Shown: positions 9,131 to 17,956 of the stretch, piece by piece | Layout: the number at the start of each line of letters is the position of its first letter | Numbering within the stretch: the first letter of the stretch is position 1 | IMG/VR virus record: IMGVR_UViG_3300029571_000023 | Location: 1-38,997 of that record | Length of the DNA stretch: 38,997 bases | Origin: a virus | Direction: 5' to 3' (one strand) | Notes under the pieces: model-generated | Told to the model about the DNA's origin: nothing | Databases searched by the model: none | Seen by the model: only the letters and a program-made list of their open reading frames with translations | Position numbers and translations under genes: made by a program

Positions 9131-9510
9131 CTGACGTGCGGCAGAAAACGGCGGAATATGAGTATGCAGGCAGGATCTACAACCTGACCTGCAACATGAA
9201 CGTCCTTGCGGACGTGCAGGAGGAATATGACGGCGATCTGATGCGGGCGCTTCGAAGCGTGACAAGCTTCAAGTCGACGCTGCGGTTTCTGGCGGCGATG
9301 CTCAATGACGCGGCGGAAACGCAGGACCTGCGCGGAGAGGACGGAAAGCTGCTGCGCGTGACCGCGCGAGAGCTGGGGCGCAAGCTGACAATGACGCAGA
9401 CAACGGACGCGGCACAGCTCATCACAAAACTGATTATGGCAGCAATGCCGGAGCGGGAGGACGCCGAGAAGCCGAAGCAGGACAGCGGCGGGAACCAGCC
9501 AAAAAACTGA
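9127..9510 (+). CDS. Tail assembly chaperone (G-like, zero-frame product)
   Basis: 127 aa between the major tail and tape measure genes. Ends CCA AAA AAC TGA. Confidence 0.7.
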   Translation: MTDVRQKTAEYEYAGRIYNLTCNMNVLADVQEEYDGDLMRALRSVTSFKSTLRFLAAMLNDAAETQDLRGEDGKLLRVTARELGRKLTMTQTTDAAQLITKLIMAAMPEREDAEKPKQDSGGNQPKN

Positions 9511-9719
9511 CAGAGCCGGGAGAATCAGAGCAGCACGGCGGCTTTGATTTTCCCGGCTTTTTGGCAATCTGGCTTTACCAGCTGCGCATGCCGGAGCGGC
9601 TTTTCTGGAAGACCATGACGCCGCGCCGGCTGCTTGCGACACTGGCACGACCGGATAGCGAGCCGAAGGAACCGCAGGAGCCGTTGTCGCTGGCAGAATA
9701 CTTGAGCGGAGGGAAGTAG
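9127..9719 (+). CDS. Tail assembly chaperone GT-like fusion made by a -1 frameshift at 9501-9507
   Basis: The -1 frame is open from the slip site to TAG 9717-9719: KKLTEPGESEQHGGFDFPGFLAIWLYQLRMPERLFWKTMTPRRLLATLARPDSEPKEPQEPLSLAEYLSGGK*. Confidence 0.6.
9501..9507 (+). promoter_or_regulatory. Slippery heptamer A_AAA_AAC (X_XXY_YYZ) for -1 programmed frameshifting
   Basis: It is in the correct register of the 9127 frame and directly precedes the stop codon. Confidence 0.65.
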
Positions 9720-9720
9720 C

Positions 9721-11451
9721 ATGCCGAACATCAACACAAAGTTTTCGCTTTCCGGCGAAAAGGAATACAAAGCCGCGATCTCGCAGATCGGCGACGGCAT
9801 GCGGGTTCTCAACTCCGAGATGCGCAAGGTCGAGAGCGAATACGCAAAAAACGCCGACAGCGTTGAGGCGCTGACGAAGGTAAACGACGTCCTTGAGCGG
9901 AAGATCTACTCGCAGACGGAAAAGATCGAGACGCTGAAAGCGGCATTGCAGACGTCAGCCGAGAAATACGGTGTGGCAGATAAGCGCACCATGGCGTGGC
10001 AGGCGAGCCTCAACAACGCCGAAGCCGAGCTGAACAAGATGAACGCCGAGCTGGAGGAGAACAACGACGCGCTTGAGAAAGCTGGCGCGAACGGGACAAA
10101 GTTCCAGCAGGCGATGGAGAAAATCAAGGACTCCGTCGCAAAGGCGAAAGAGGAAGGTACGGGCGCGAAGGGCATCTTTGCCAACCTCAAGGAATCCTTT
10201 GCACACGGCAAGGGCGAAGCGGTCGGTCTCGGAGACGCAATCGGAGGCGCGGCGGATAAACTCGGCATTCAGCTTCCCGAGGGCGCCAGCAAGGCGCTGA
10301 ACTCCCTCAACGGCATCAGTGCCGGAACGGCTGCGGTGGCCGGCGGCTTTGCGGCGGTCGCGGCTGCCATCGTCAAAACGGAGAAGGCGCTCATTGACAT
10401 GACGAAGGAGGCGGCGGAGGGCGCGAAGGAGATCGAGACTTTTGCCTCCATCACAGGGCAGAGCGAGCAGCAGGTGCAGCAGATGCAGTACGCATCCGAG
10501 AAGCTCGGCGTATCGTATGATCGCGTGCGGGACTCGCTCAAGGAAATCACGAACAAAATGCAGGAAGCCGAGAACGGCTCGGCGGACACAGCTGCGGCAT
10601 TTGATAAGTTAAAGGTCAGCTTGCGCGGGCAAAACGGCGAGCTTCGAGACGCGCAGGACGTTTTTCTTGACGTCATCGACGCGCTCGGGAACGTCGAAAA
10701 CCAGTCAGAGCGCGACGCGCTTGCTATGGACCTCATGTCCGAGAGCGCGCAGGAGCTGAACCCGATGATCGAAGCCGGGCGCGAAACGATTCAGCAGTAC
10801 GCGCAGGCGGCAAGCGACATGGGTCTTGTGCTGGAGGAGGACGAGCTGAAGGCACTGACGGACGTGCAAAGCGCGTTCTACGATCTCGAGCAGCAGCAGA
10901 AGGCGACCAAAAACCAGCTGGCGGCGGAGTTCGCGCCGTATCTTACCTCGTTCTACAGTGACATGTCGGAGGCGACGCGCACGTTCGGGCAGACGCTGGA
11001 GGACAGCGGCATTGTGTCGGCGTTTGGGTCGCTGCTGGAGTTTGTGGGCGAGCTGATCGACCCGACAAGCGTACTCGGGCAGACGACGCTTCCGATTCTG
11101 GAGGGCTCGCTTGAGGGCGTGGCGCTGGTGCTGGCAACCGTTGTGGACAGCCTTCGTGCCATCACAGGCTTGCTGGATGGTCTGGCGGACTGGATCGACA
11201 CCGGAAGCACGCAGACGTGGAAGGACGCTTTCAGCTTTAAGGCAACGAACGCCGTGCTTGACATCTGGGATTCCAGCGGCTCTAATCCATCTCCCTCTCG
11301 CGGCGGCGGCAGCTTCAGCGGAGGCTTCGGCGGCGGAACGAGCGTGACGAATAACTATTACACGGTGAGCGGCGTGAACGTGAAGACGGTAAACCAGGTG
11401 GCGGACGCTGCGGAGAATTCCCGGCAGCATAACCGGAAGTACGGAGGATGA
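9721..11451 (+). CDS. Tape measure protein
   Basis: 576 aa, long coiled-coil N-terminal half, hydrophobic Ala/Gly segments, Gly-rich C-terminus. Canonical position. Confidence 0.8.
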   Translation: MPNINTKFSLSGEKEYKAAISQIGDGMRVLNSEMRKVESEYAKNADSVEALTKVNDVLERKIYSQTEKIETLKAALQTSAEKYGVADKRTMAWQASLNNAEAELNKMNAELEENNDALEKAGANGTKFQQAMEKIKDSVAKAKEEGTGAKGIFANLKESFAHGKGEAVGLGDAIGGAADKLGIQLPEGASKALNSLNGISAGTAAVAGGFAAVAAAIVKTEKALIDMTKEAAEGAKEIETFASITGQSEQQVQQMQYASEKLGVSYDRVRDSLKEITNKMQEAENGSADTAAAFDKLKVSLRGQNGELRDAQDVFLDVIDALGNVENQSERDALAMDLMSESAQELNPMIEAGRETIQQYAQAASDMGLVLEEDELKALTDVQSAFYDLEQQQKATKNQLAAEFAPYLTSFYSDMSEATRTFGQTLEDSGIVSAFGSLLEFVGELIDPTSVLGQTTLPILEGSLEGVALVLATVVDSLRAITGLLDGLADWIDTGSTQTWKDAFSFKATNAVLDIWDSSGSNPSPSRGGGSFSGGFGGGTSVTNNYYTVSGVNVKTVNQVADAAENSRQHNRKYGG

Positions 11452-11452
11452 T

Positions 11453-13660
11453 ATGGGCGTAGGTGTTTTTGAGGGTACGCGCACAAGCGCGCACAGAAAG
11501 GTAACGCTAACAAGCGCACTGTTTAACCAGATCGACGAAATGAACCCCACGTTGTCGCACACGCCGTCCGGACCGACCGGCAGCCCTTACGCCATCACAA
11601 GAACATGGGCGCTGCTGCAGGGAACCCTTCGGGAGGGTCCGGAAAAAGCGCTTCTGTGCAAATTTTACAGTGATACCGGCGGAAAGTTACCCTTCGATAA
11701 AAAGTTCGTGCAATTCGATGCGGACAACGGCTGCAAGATCACGTTCAGCCCGACGCAGATTGACAACACGGGGCAGAACTCGCTGATCGAGCTGCAAACC
11801 GTGCAAACGGCGTATGACCCGTATAACGTAAACTACAACACCGCGCCAAACCGCGCAACCATCCGGCAGACGTTCGTTTCGTCGCTCATTGTTGGGCAGG
11901 AAATCACGCTGGCACCGGGTATCTGGTACGATGTCGGCTCGACTGCGAGCCTGCGCAACGCGCTGAACAACGGCATCTGCTTTGCCATCGGCGCGAGCGA
12001 CCCAAGCCCAAAGAACAGCGCAGCCACATCATGGGAAACGAAAATATGGCTCAGTCTCAGCTCGATCAAGTTGACGGTAGAGGTCGCAGACTTCCAGCTG
12101 GGATTTACGAGCCTTGCACCGGACGCGGGGGCGTATGTTCAGCCGGACGCGGCGGCAACCATCACATGGGCGGTAGACATTCCAGACTCGCCGGACATGT
12201 ACTTTAACGAAGCCCCCGCGCAGGCGTCGTTTGAAATCCAGTATTACACCAAGAGTGCAGGGACGACTTCTGCGACACGGACGCTTACCGGCACGACGGC
12301 TACCAGCGCGACAATCCCCGCCGCGCACATGACGGGGGCGGAGAGCCTGAGCTGGCGCATCCGGGTAACGTCGAATGACGGCATTGTGGGCAATTGGTCG
12401 GATTGGCGCACCTGCACGTGCGTCAACCAGACCGGCAAAGCGACGGCTTTAAGCCCGGACGGGGCAAATATCACGCCGAACGAAATTGTTTCGTTTTTGT
12501 GGGAACACAGCTCCGTTTCCGGCAGACCGCAGGCGGGTGCGCAGATTCAAATCAAGTACGCGGGCGCAAGCGACTACATCACGATCTACAACGGGCAGAC
12601 GACGCTTCGGCGGGCGGCGATCTCGCTGGCGGGAACAAATCCGCAATCCGGGCAGGCGCAGTGGCGTGTGCGGACGCAGGACGATCTCGGCGCGTGGTCG
12701 GCGTGGTCGGAGCCTCTGTATGTTTACATTGTCGCTGCGGCGACGGCTCCGTCGGTAACGAGCGTTACAACCGGGACGGCGCGCCCGACGGTAAGCTGGC
12801 AGAGCAGCAACCAGACGGGCTACCGGGTGATTATCCGGTCGGTATATGGTCCGGTTTTCTACGATTCCGGGGTACTCCCCGGCGCGGAGCAGAGCTATAA
12901 AATCCCAAAATATCTTTCGAACAACAACTACATTGCGGCGGTGACGGTGTGGAATGAATACGCCATCGAGAGCGCGGAAGGCACGCGGGCGTTCACCGTC
13001 GACGCTTCCGCCGTCGCGCCGGGAAAGGCGGAAATTGAAATAGCGGAGGAAGGAAACGGGTATGTGTGCATTAAGGCAACCTATCTCCCGGAAGCGTCGC
13101 GGTTCCTGCTGCTGCGCGACGGCGTGGCGGTTGGCGAAATGGTTAAGGGCGCGAACCAGTGTTATGATTTCGGCGCGGGAATTGGCAGGCACAACTACAG
13201 AATCCGCAGCCTGAACGAAAACGGCTACTCGGATAGTGATCTGGTTCGCACCACGCAGGAAATTCAAAGCGGGCTGCTCGTCTTCGCGGAGGAGGCTATA
13301 ACGAAATACGGCGCGAACACCATGATCGAGCTGCGCGTGAACCGAGACGCGCCGCCGGGGCATACGGACGATTTGGCACTGGAGGCGACGCAGCAGACGT
13401 TTCAGGGGCGCTCACTCCCCGTCACGGAATTTTCCGGGCGGCGGACGCACACGCACCGGCACGCCTTCGCCATGCTCTCGCAGAGCGATATGAAGGAGCT
13501 TATTTCCGCCATCTTAGAGCAGAAAACGCTTTTGTACCGCGATCAATACGGCAAGCGGTATTTCTGCACATGCAGCACGCTGCCGGTGAGCTACGACAAG
13601 TTTTCGCAAAGCTTTACGCTGGAGCTTGACGAGGTGGACTACAAGGAGGCGATCGAGTGA
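11453..13660 (+). CDS. Tail protein with FN3-like repeats and a C-terminal Dit-like (siphovirus tail component) region
   Basis: 735 aa. Repeated W..W / Y.I.I / G.WS.WS modules between about aa 230 and 600. First gene after the tape measure. Confidence 0.55.
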   Translation: MGVGVFEGTRTSAHRKVTLTSALFNQIDEMNPTLSHTPSGPTGSPYAITRTWALLQGTLREGPEKALLCKFYSDTGGKLPFDKKFVQFDADNGCKITFSPTQIDNTGQNSLIELQTVQTAYDPYNVNYNTAPNRATIRQTFVSSLIVGQEITLAPGIWYDVGSTASLRNALNNGICFAIGASDPSPKNSAATSWETKIWLSLSSIKLTVEVADFQLGFTSLAPDAGAYVQPDAAATITWAVDIPDSPDMYFNEAPAQASFEIQYYTKSAGTTSATRTLTGTTATSATIPAAHMTGAESLSWRIRVTSNDGIVGNWSDWRTCTCVNQTGKATALSPDGANITPNEIVSFLWEHSSVSGRPQAGAQIQIKYAGASDYITIYNGQTTLRRAAISLAGTNPQSGQAQWRVRTQDDLGAWSAWSEPLYVYIVAAATAPSVTSVTTGTARPTVSWQSSNQTGYRVIIRSVYGPVFYDSGVLPGAEQSYKIPKYLSNNNYIAAVTVWNEYAIESAEGTRAFTVDASAVAPGKAEIEIAEEGNGYVCIKATYLPEASRFLLLRDGVAVGEMVKGANQCYDFGAGIGRHNYRIRSLNENGYSDSDLVRTTQEIQSGLLVFAEEAITKYGANTMIELRVNRDAPPGHTDDLALEATQQTFQGRSLPVTEFSGRRTHTHRHAFAMLSQSDMKELISAILEQKTLLYRDQYGKRYFCTCSTLPVSYDKFSQSFTLELDEVDYKEAIE

Positions 13661-14760
13661 TTGATCTGGCAACCGGAAGGTACACGGCGGCGGAGGTGCA
13701 AAAGGCGCTTCACGCGGCGGGCGGCTCCCGGCGGGTATGGTATAGGTTGGAGCGGCTGAACGCATACAAAATCAAGCTCGGGGAGCTGCGGATGGAGACG
13801 GGCAGCATTGAGCAGGACGCAAACGCGAGCATCATGCGCACGGGGCGATTTACCGTCCGCGACGAGGCGGGCGTCAACTGGCACGCGGAACTCCTGCGCC
13901 CGCTTTTCTGCCTCGAAATGCCGGACGGCGGAACGGCAGAGTATCCGCTCGGCGTGTTTTACATGCCGACGATCACAAAAAGCGGGTACAAGCACATCTA
14001 CCGCGAGATTGAGGCGTACGACACCACGATGCTTTTGTGGGACGATCAGGTACCGGAGCGCTACAGCATCGCGCGAGGCACGAAGTACACAAGCGCGCTG
14101 AGCGGCATTTTCTCGAGCGTGGGCGTTCACGATGCGATTATCGAGCCGTCCGATTCCGTCACAGAGACGACGCTGGAATGGGAGGCGGGAACAACAAAGG
14201 GCGAGATTGTAAAGCAACTCATGGATGCGGACAACTACGCGCCATTGAGCGCGGACGCATGGGGGCGCTGGGTGTGCCGGAAATACCGCGATCCGCGTTC
14301 GCGCTTCGCGGAGTACAGCTACAAGGCAGACGAAATGAGCGTGCTTCTTCCGGCGCAGACGCTGGTAGAGGACGTTTACGGGCTGCCGAATGTATTTATC
14401 GGCATCGTCTCCCGCCCAGACCGGACGCCAATGAGCTTTTTCTACGAGATTACGGACTCGTCCAGCCCGCTGGCGGCGGTCAACCGGGGCGGGCGGAGAA
14501 TCGCGGACACCAAGATTTACGACGACGCCGCGTCGGCAATCGCGCTGGAGGCGGCAGTAAGGCGGCGCGCCGGGCGCGCTGCGGCGTATTTATCTCAGCT
14601 GACGTTTGAAACCGCCGCCATGCCGCACCACGGCGCGGAGGATGTGCTGTGGCTCGAAGCGGGGGAGGTGCGCGGAAAGTATCTGGAAACAAAGTGGACG
14701 CTGCCGCTGGAACCGGGCAGCGGCATGACGCACGAGGCGCAGAAGGAGGACACGCTTTGA
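13657..14760 (+). CDS. Tail-tip / baseplate hub (Tal-like) protein
   Basis: 367 aa, GTG start overlapping the upstream stop. Assigned by position only. Confidence 0.45.
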   Translation: MIDLATGRYTAAEVQKALHAAGGSRRVWYRLERLNAYKIKLGELRMETGSIEQDANASIMRTGRFTVRDEAGVNWHAELLRPLFCLEMPDGGTAEYPLGVFYMPTITKSGYKHIYREIEAYDTTMLLWDDQVPERYSIARGTKYTSALSGIFSSVGVHDAIIEPSDSVTETTLEWEAGTTKGEIVKQLMDADNYAPLSADAWGRWVCRKYRDPRSRFAEYSYKADEMSVLLPAQTLVEDVYGLPNVFIGIVSRPDRTPMSFFYEITDSSSPLAAVNRGGRRIADTKIYDDAASAIALEAAVRRRAGRAAAYLSQLTFETAAMPHHGAEDVLWLEAGEVRGKYLETKWTLPLEPGSGMTHEAQKEDTL

Positions 14761-14984
14761 TTCAGGATGATCTTTTTTTGAAGCAGAAGCAGGAAAAGCA
14801 ATCTGTGCAGCTGGCTACCGTTTCCGAGGTGGCAGACGACGGCGTTCGGCTGCTGATTGACGGGGAATCGGAGCCAAGCCAGATGATATGCAGGTATCTG
14901 GCAAGCTATACGCCGGAGGCGGGAGACCGGGTGTTTTTCCAGCGCGTCGGCGGGGCGATGCTGGTATTCGGAAAAATATCATAA
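14757..14984 (+). CDS. Small tail-associated protein (unknown family)
   Basis: TTG start 6 nt after GAAGGAGGA, overlapping the upstream stop (TTTGA). 75 aa. The track start at 14649 is unsupported. Confidence 0.4.
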   Translation: MIQDDLFLKQKQEKQSVQLATVSEVADDGVRLLIDGESEPSQMICRYLASYTPEAGDRVFFQRVGGAMLVFGKIS

Positions 14985-14988
14985 AAAA

Positions 14989-15008
14989 GCCGCCCCAGAC
15001 GGGGCGGC
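14989..15008. terminator. Hairpin terminator between convergent genes (U-run on the minus strand)
   Basis: GCCGCCCC-AGAC-GGGGCGGC with an A6 run on the plus-strand 5' side, which gives U6 after the hairpin for the minus-strand TA operon. Confidence 0.7.
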
Positions 15009-15018
15009 TCGGAGGGAA

Positions 15019-15303
15019 TTATCGGGAGAGTTTATAGAGCATGTATTGGTTAAGACTGACGCCCTCGACGTCCGCCTCCTCTTTCAGGAGCTTGTGCAGG
15101 CTCTTCGGAATGCGCAGGACAAGGCGACCGCTGAACCCGTCCAGCTCGCGCTTGAGCGCCTCGAGGCTTACGGTTGTACCGTCGTCCATTGCTTCTGCTT
15201 CGGCAAGCGAAGCGGCTTCTTCTTCGCTCAGCGTCTCCGGCTCTCTTGCGTTGATGGCGGCAAGACGCGCGTCCAGCTCGGACGCGGTAAGATTCTTTTT
15301 CAT
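15019..15303 (-). CDS. RHH antitoxin (HicB/BrnA-like C-terminal ribbon-helix-helix)
   Basis: 94 aa. C-terminus RLVLRIPKSLHKLLKEEADVEGVSLNQYMLYKLS is the classic RHH antitoxin tail. SD GAGGAGG. Lies 12 nt after the toxin gene. Confidence 0.75.
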   Translation of the reverse strand: MKKNLTASELDARLAAINAREPETLSEEEAASLAEAEAMDDGTTVSLEALKRELDGFSGRLVLRIPKSLHKLLKEEADVEGVSLNQYMLYKLSR

Positions 15304-15315
15304 GGCTGTTCCTCC

Positions 15316-15561
15316 TCAATATTTGATATTGGTGCGGGTGTTGATCTCGACGACAACGATAACGATCTCGCCTTGCACCCAGTCAAAGACGATGCGGTAA
15401 TGGTCTATCTTGTACCGGTATCTTGCTTTGTATCCGCCGAGGCGGACGATGTTCCCCTCAAGCCGGGAAATCTGGTCGAGCGCCTTGTAGAGTTTCTTGC
15501 GCGTCTTTTCATCGACGCTTGCCAGATATTTTTGCGGCTGCTTTTTCAGTTTAATTTCCAT
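15316..15561 (-). CDS. RelE/ParE-superfamily toxin
   Basis: 81 aa. ..LDQISRLEGNIVRLGGYKARYRYKIDHYRIVFDWVQGEIVIVVVEINTRTNIKY matches the ParE_toxin pattern (G..YR.r.gdyRi.f....). SD AGGAGGG. Confidence 0.8.
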   Translation of the reverse strand: MEIKLKKQPQKYLASVDEKTRKKLYKALDQISRLEGNIVRLGGYKARYRYKIDHYRIVFDWVQGEIVIVVVEINTRTNIKY

Positions 15562-15583
15562 GCGTTTCTTCCCTCCTGTGTTT

Positions 15584-15609
15584 ATATGATACTATATATA
15601 GTATCATAT
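15584..15609. promoter_or_regulatory. Perfect 26-bp palindrome ATATGATACTATA|TATAGTATCATAT (candidate TA operator)
   Basis: Read directly. It fills the -35/-10 spacer of the TA promoter. Confidence 0.75.
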
Positions 15610-15614
15610 GTCAA
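15586..15614 (-). promoter_or_regulatory. Sigma-70-type promoter of the TA operon: TTGACA-17 nt-TATCAT
   Basis: Minus strand: TTGACA (15609-15614), a 17-nt spacer, TATCAT (15586-15591), then the leader and AGGAGG. Confidence 0.7.
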
Positions 15615-15642
15615 GAGGAATTTCGCGAAAGGAGTAAAAAAT

Positions 15643-15966
15643 ATGAGCCTTACCATTATGCAGGGCGACCAGTATGCGATTCCGTTTGTGGGGAAGCTCA
15701 ACGGGGAGCCGCTGGACCTGACGAAGATCGAGCAGATTGAGTTTGTTGTAGGTCCGCTGCGCAAGGTCTACCCAGGCGAGGTCACGACGGACGAGGACGG
15801 GACCTTCCTATTTCCTCTGACACAGGAGGAGACCTTTGCATTCAAAACGTCCATGCTCTCCGGGCAGGTGCGCGTGAAGTTTACGGGCGCGACAAAGCCG
15901 GAAGTCATTGGCTTACCGACGGGCTTTATCCGCGTGCTGGACTCTATGAGCCGGGAGGTGCTTTAA
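15643..15966 (+). CDS. Tail-associated hypothetical protein
   Basis: ATG 15643 after AAAGGAG. The upstream part of track ORF 15046.. is antisense to the TA genes and is spurious. Confidence 0.55.
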   Translation: MSLTIMQGDQYAIPFVGKLNGEPLDLTKIEQIEFVVGPLRKVYPGEVTTDEDGTFLFPLTQEETFAFKTSMLSGQVRVKFTGATKPEVIGLPTGFIRVLDSMSREVL

Positions 15967-16232
15967 TGGCAATAACGTTTGAGGTCAAGCAAAAGCCGGC
16001 AGTCGAGTTTGACGTAGCAGGGGTGCGCGTCATTGAGGTCGGCACCGGAGGCAGCAAGCCCTATGAGGGCGTATACGACGTAACGCCGAAGACTTACGAG
16101 CCGGTGGTGCTGCCGACCAGAAACAGGCTTTTGTCTCGCAACGTAAACGTTGCAAAGATTCCACAGTACGAAGTATCCAACGCCGCCGGTGGGCTGACGC
16201 TCATCATGGGCGACGAGTATATGAACAGTTAG
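15966..16232 (+). CDS. Tail fibre-associated small protein
   Basis: 88 aa. Its C-terminus IPQYEVSNAAGGLTLIMG parallels the C-terminus of the next gene (IPVTYTDNAAGGQTLQIGG). Confidence 0.5.
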   Translation: MAITFEVKQKPAVEFDVAGVRVIEVGTGGSKPYEGVYDVTPKTYEPVVLPTRNRLLSRNVNVAKIPQYEVSNAAGGLTLIMGDEYMNS

Positions 16233-16242
16233 GAGTGAGCAT

Positions 16243-16830
16243 ATGGCAAACAAGTATGTAAACAAACTGATCGTCGGCACGGAGGTCAAGCTCGATCTGT
16301 CGGGCGATACCGTCGTTGCAAGTGACCTCAAAAAGGGCGTCACCGCGCACGACAAGTCCGGCGCGCCGATCACCGGCACGAACGAATTTGACGTCAACTC
16401 TCAGGACGCGGACGCTGCGGTTGCGGAGGTTCTGTCTGGCAAGACATTCTACGCGCGAGGCTCGAAGCTCACCGGCACCATGCCGGACAACGGCGCAAAG
16501 ACACTCGACATCGCAGAGAAAGACGACGAGCCTGCTATTCCGATGGGATTCCACGACGGCTCCGGCAAAGCGCGCCTCAAGGCGACCGAAAAAGCAAAGA
16601 TCATTCCCGGCAATATCAAGTCCGGCATTACCATTCTCGGCGTGGTGGGCAGCTACGGCGGCGAGGCGGTCAAGGCACAGGCGAACAAGAACGTCACGCC
16701 GAGCTTTGCCGAGCAGGTCGTGACGCCGGATGAGACGTATGACTATCTGTCGCAGGTGACTGTCGCGGCAATCCCCGTGACCTACACCGACAACGCCGCA
16801 GGAGGGCAGACGCTCCAGATCGGAGGCTGA
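16243..16830 (+). CDS. Tail fibre / receptor-binding cassette protein 1
   Basis: 195 aa. The N-terminal motif VKLDLSGDTVVASDLKKGVTAHDKSGAPITGT is shared with the next gene. Also carries a KNVTPS..QVVTPD..YDYLSQVTV..IP motif. Confidence 0.55.
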   Translation: MANKYVNKLIVGTEVKLDLSGDTVVASDLKKGVTAHDKSGAPITGTNEFDVNSQDADAAVAEVLSGKTFYARGSKLTGTMPDNGAKTLDIAEKDDEPAIPMGFHDGSGKARLKATEKAKIIPGNIKSGITILGVVGSYGGEAVKAQANKNVTPSFAEQVVTPDETYDYLSQVTVAAIPVTYTDNAAGGQTLQIGG

Positions 16831-16831
16831 G

Positions 16832-17257
16832 ATGGCAGTCAACAAAGTCGCCCTTAACGGCGAAGTCAAGCTTGACCTGACCGCCGACACCGTAACGCCG
16901 GAGACACTTCTCAAGGGGAAGACGGCGCACAACGCGGCGGGCGAGCTGATTACAGGAGTGTATGAGCCTATGAACATAAAACAGTACACCGGTACGCTGC
17001 TTGCTTCTGGCTGGGCTGCTGATTCACATGGCTACCAGGCGCAGACGATCACGATCACGGGATTGAAAGCTTCTTATGATATCGACCCGCAGTGGGACGT
17101 TTCCCTTTCCGGCACGGACCCAGATGCAGACGCGGCTTTATTGGAGGGCTTCGCGTTAATCCACAACTACAAGACCGGCGCGAACAGCCTGACCGCACAG
17201 TGCATCGGCAAAGCGCCAACAGTGAATATCCCCGTGAAGGTGGTGGTGTTCGGATGA
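16832..17257 (+). CDS. Tail fibre / receptor-binding cassette protein 2
   Basis: 141 aa. N-terminus VKLDLTADTVTPETLLKGKTAHNAAGELITGV is paralogous to the 16243 gene. Confidence 0.55.
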   Translation: MAVNKVALNGEVKLDLTADTVTPETLLKGKTAHNAAGELITGVYEPMNIKQYTGTLLASGWAADSHGYQAQTITITGLKASYDIDPQWDVSLSGTDPDADAALLEGFALIHNYKTGANSLTAQCIGKAPTVNIPVKVVVFG

Positions 17258-17946
17258 GTGGGCGCAGTCCTAGATGGTTCACCGGAATCCGTGGCAACTA
17301 TTCAGATAATCTTGCAGACAACACGTGGGAACAGATTATAGAAGTCTGCCAGAAAAAGATCGTCCCCCCATCGTGGAAGGTTGGAGATCAGAAGGCGATG
17401 ACGATCAATGCTGTGGATTATCTTGTCGACATTATTGGTATCAATCACGACGACTATTCCGACGGCTTCGGCAAAGCCCCGTTTACCTTCCAGCTGCACG
17501 ACTGCTACGGAAAAAACGAAATGGAGGGCAGCAACACAAACAGAAACGGTTGGGAAGGCTGCGCCATGCGGCAGACACATCTTCCTGCCATCTTGGTTCA
17601 ATTGCCGCTGGAAGTGCAAAATGGCATCCAGAATGTGAATAAACTGACATCTGCGGGCAACAAAAGCACCACCATCGTAACAACGGCAGACAAACTGTTT
17701 TTTCCAAGCGATGTGGAAGTGTTTGGTGATGTTGATTCTTCCGCGCCAGGCGAAGGTAAACAATATCAGTATTACAAAGAAAACGGAAGCAAAATAAAAA
17801 TGCTAGACGGCGCGGAATCCAGATGGTGGACACGTTCCCCGTCTATAAACGGCACCACAAATTTTATCTTCGTATCATCCGCCGGCACTAAGGGAACTAT
17901 CCGGGGCGGCGCTGCGCTTGGCGTGCCCTTCTGCTTCTGCTTCTAG
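17254..17946 (+). CDS. DUF6273-like domain protein (candidate receptor-binding/adhesin module)
   Basis: ATG 17254 (ATGA overlap). Pattern VGD.K...I......IIG.NHDD...TFQ....NTN.NGWEGC.MR..LP...LP..VQ..I..V.K.T..G.......T.DKLFFPS..EVFG...EG.QY.YY......WWTRSP...GVPFCF. Recalled from memory. Confidence 0.5.
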   Translation: MSGRSPRWFTGIRGNYSDNLADNTWEQIIEVCQKKIVPPSWKVGDQKAMTINAVDYLVDIIGINHDDYSDGFGKAPFTFQLHDCYGKNEMEGSNTNRNGWEGCAMRQTHLPAILVQLPLEVQNGIQNVNKLTSAGNKSTTIVTTADKLFFPSDVEVFGDVDSSAPGEGKQYQYYKENGSKIKMLDGAESRWWTRSPSINGTTNFIFVSSAGTKGTIRGGAALGVPFCFCF

Positions 17947-17956
17947 GGGGTGCATC

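Noticed and set aside
15046-15642. N-terminal 199 codons of the plus-strand ORF 15046..15966
   Set aside because: It runs antisense across the well-supported RelE/RHH genes and their promoter. A good SD and ATG at 15643 give a sensible 107-aa protein.
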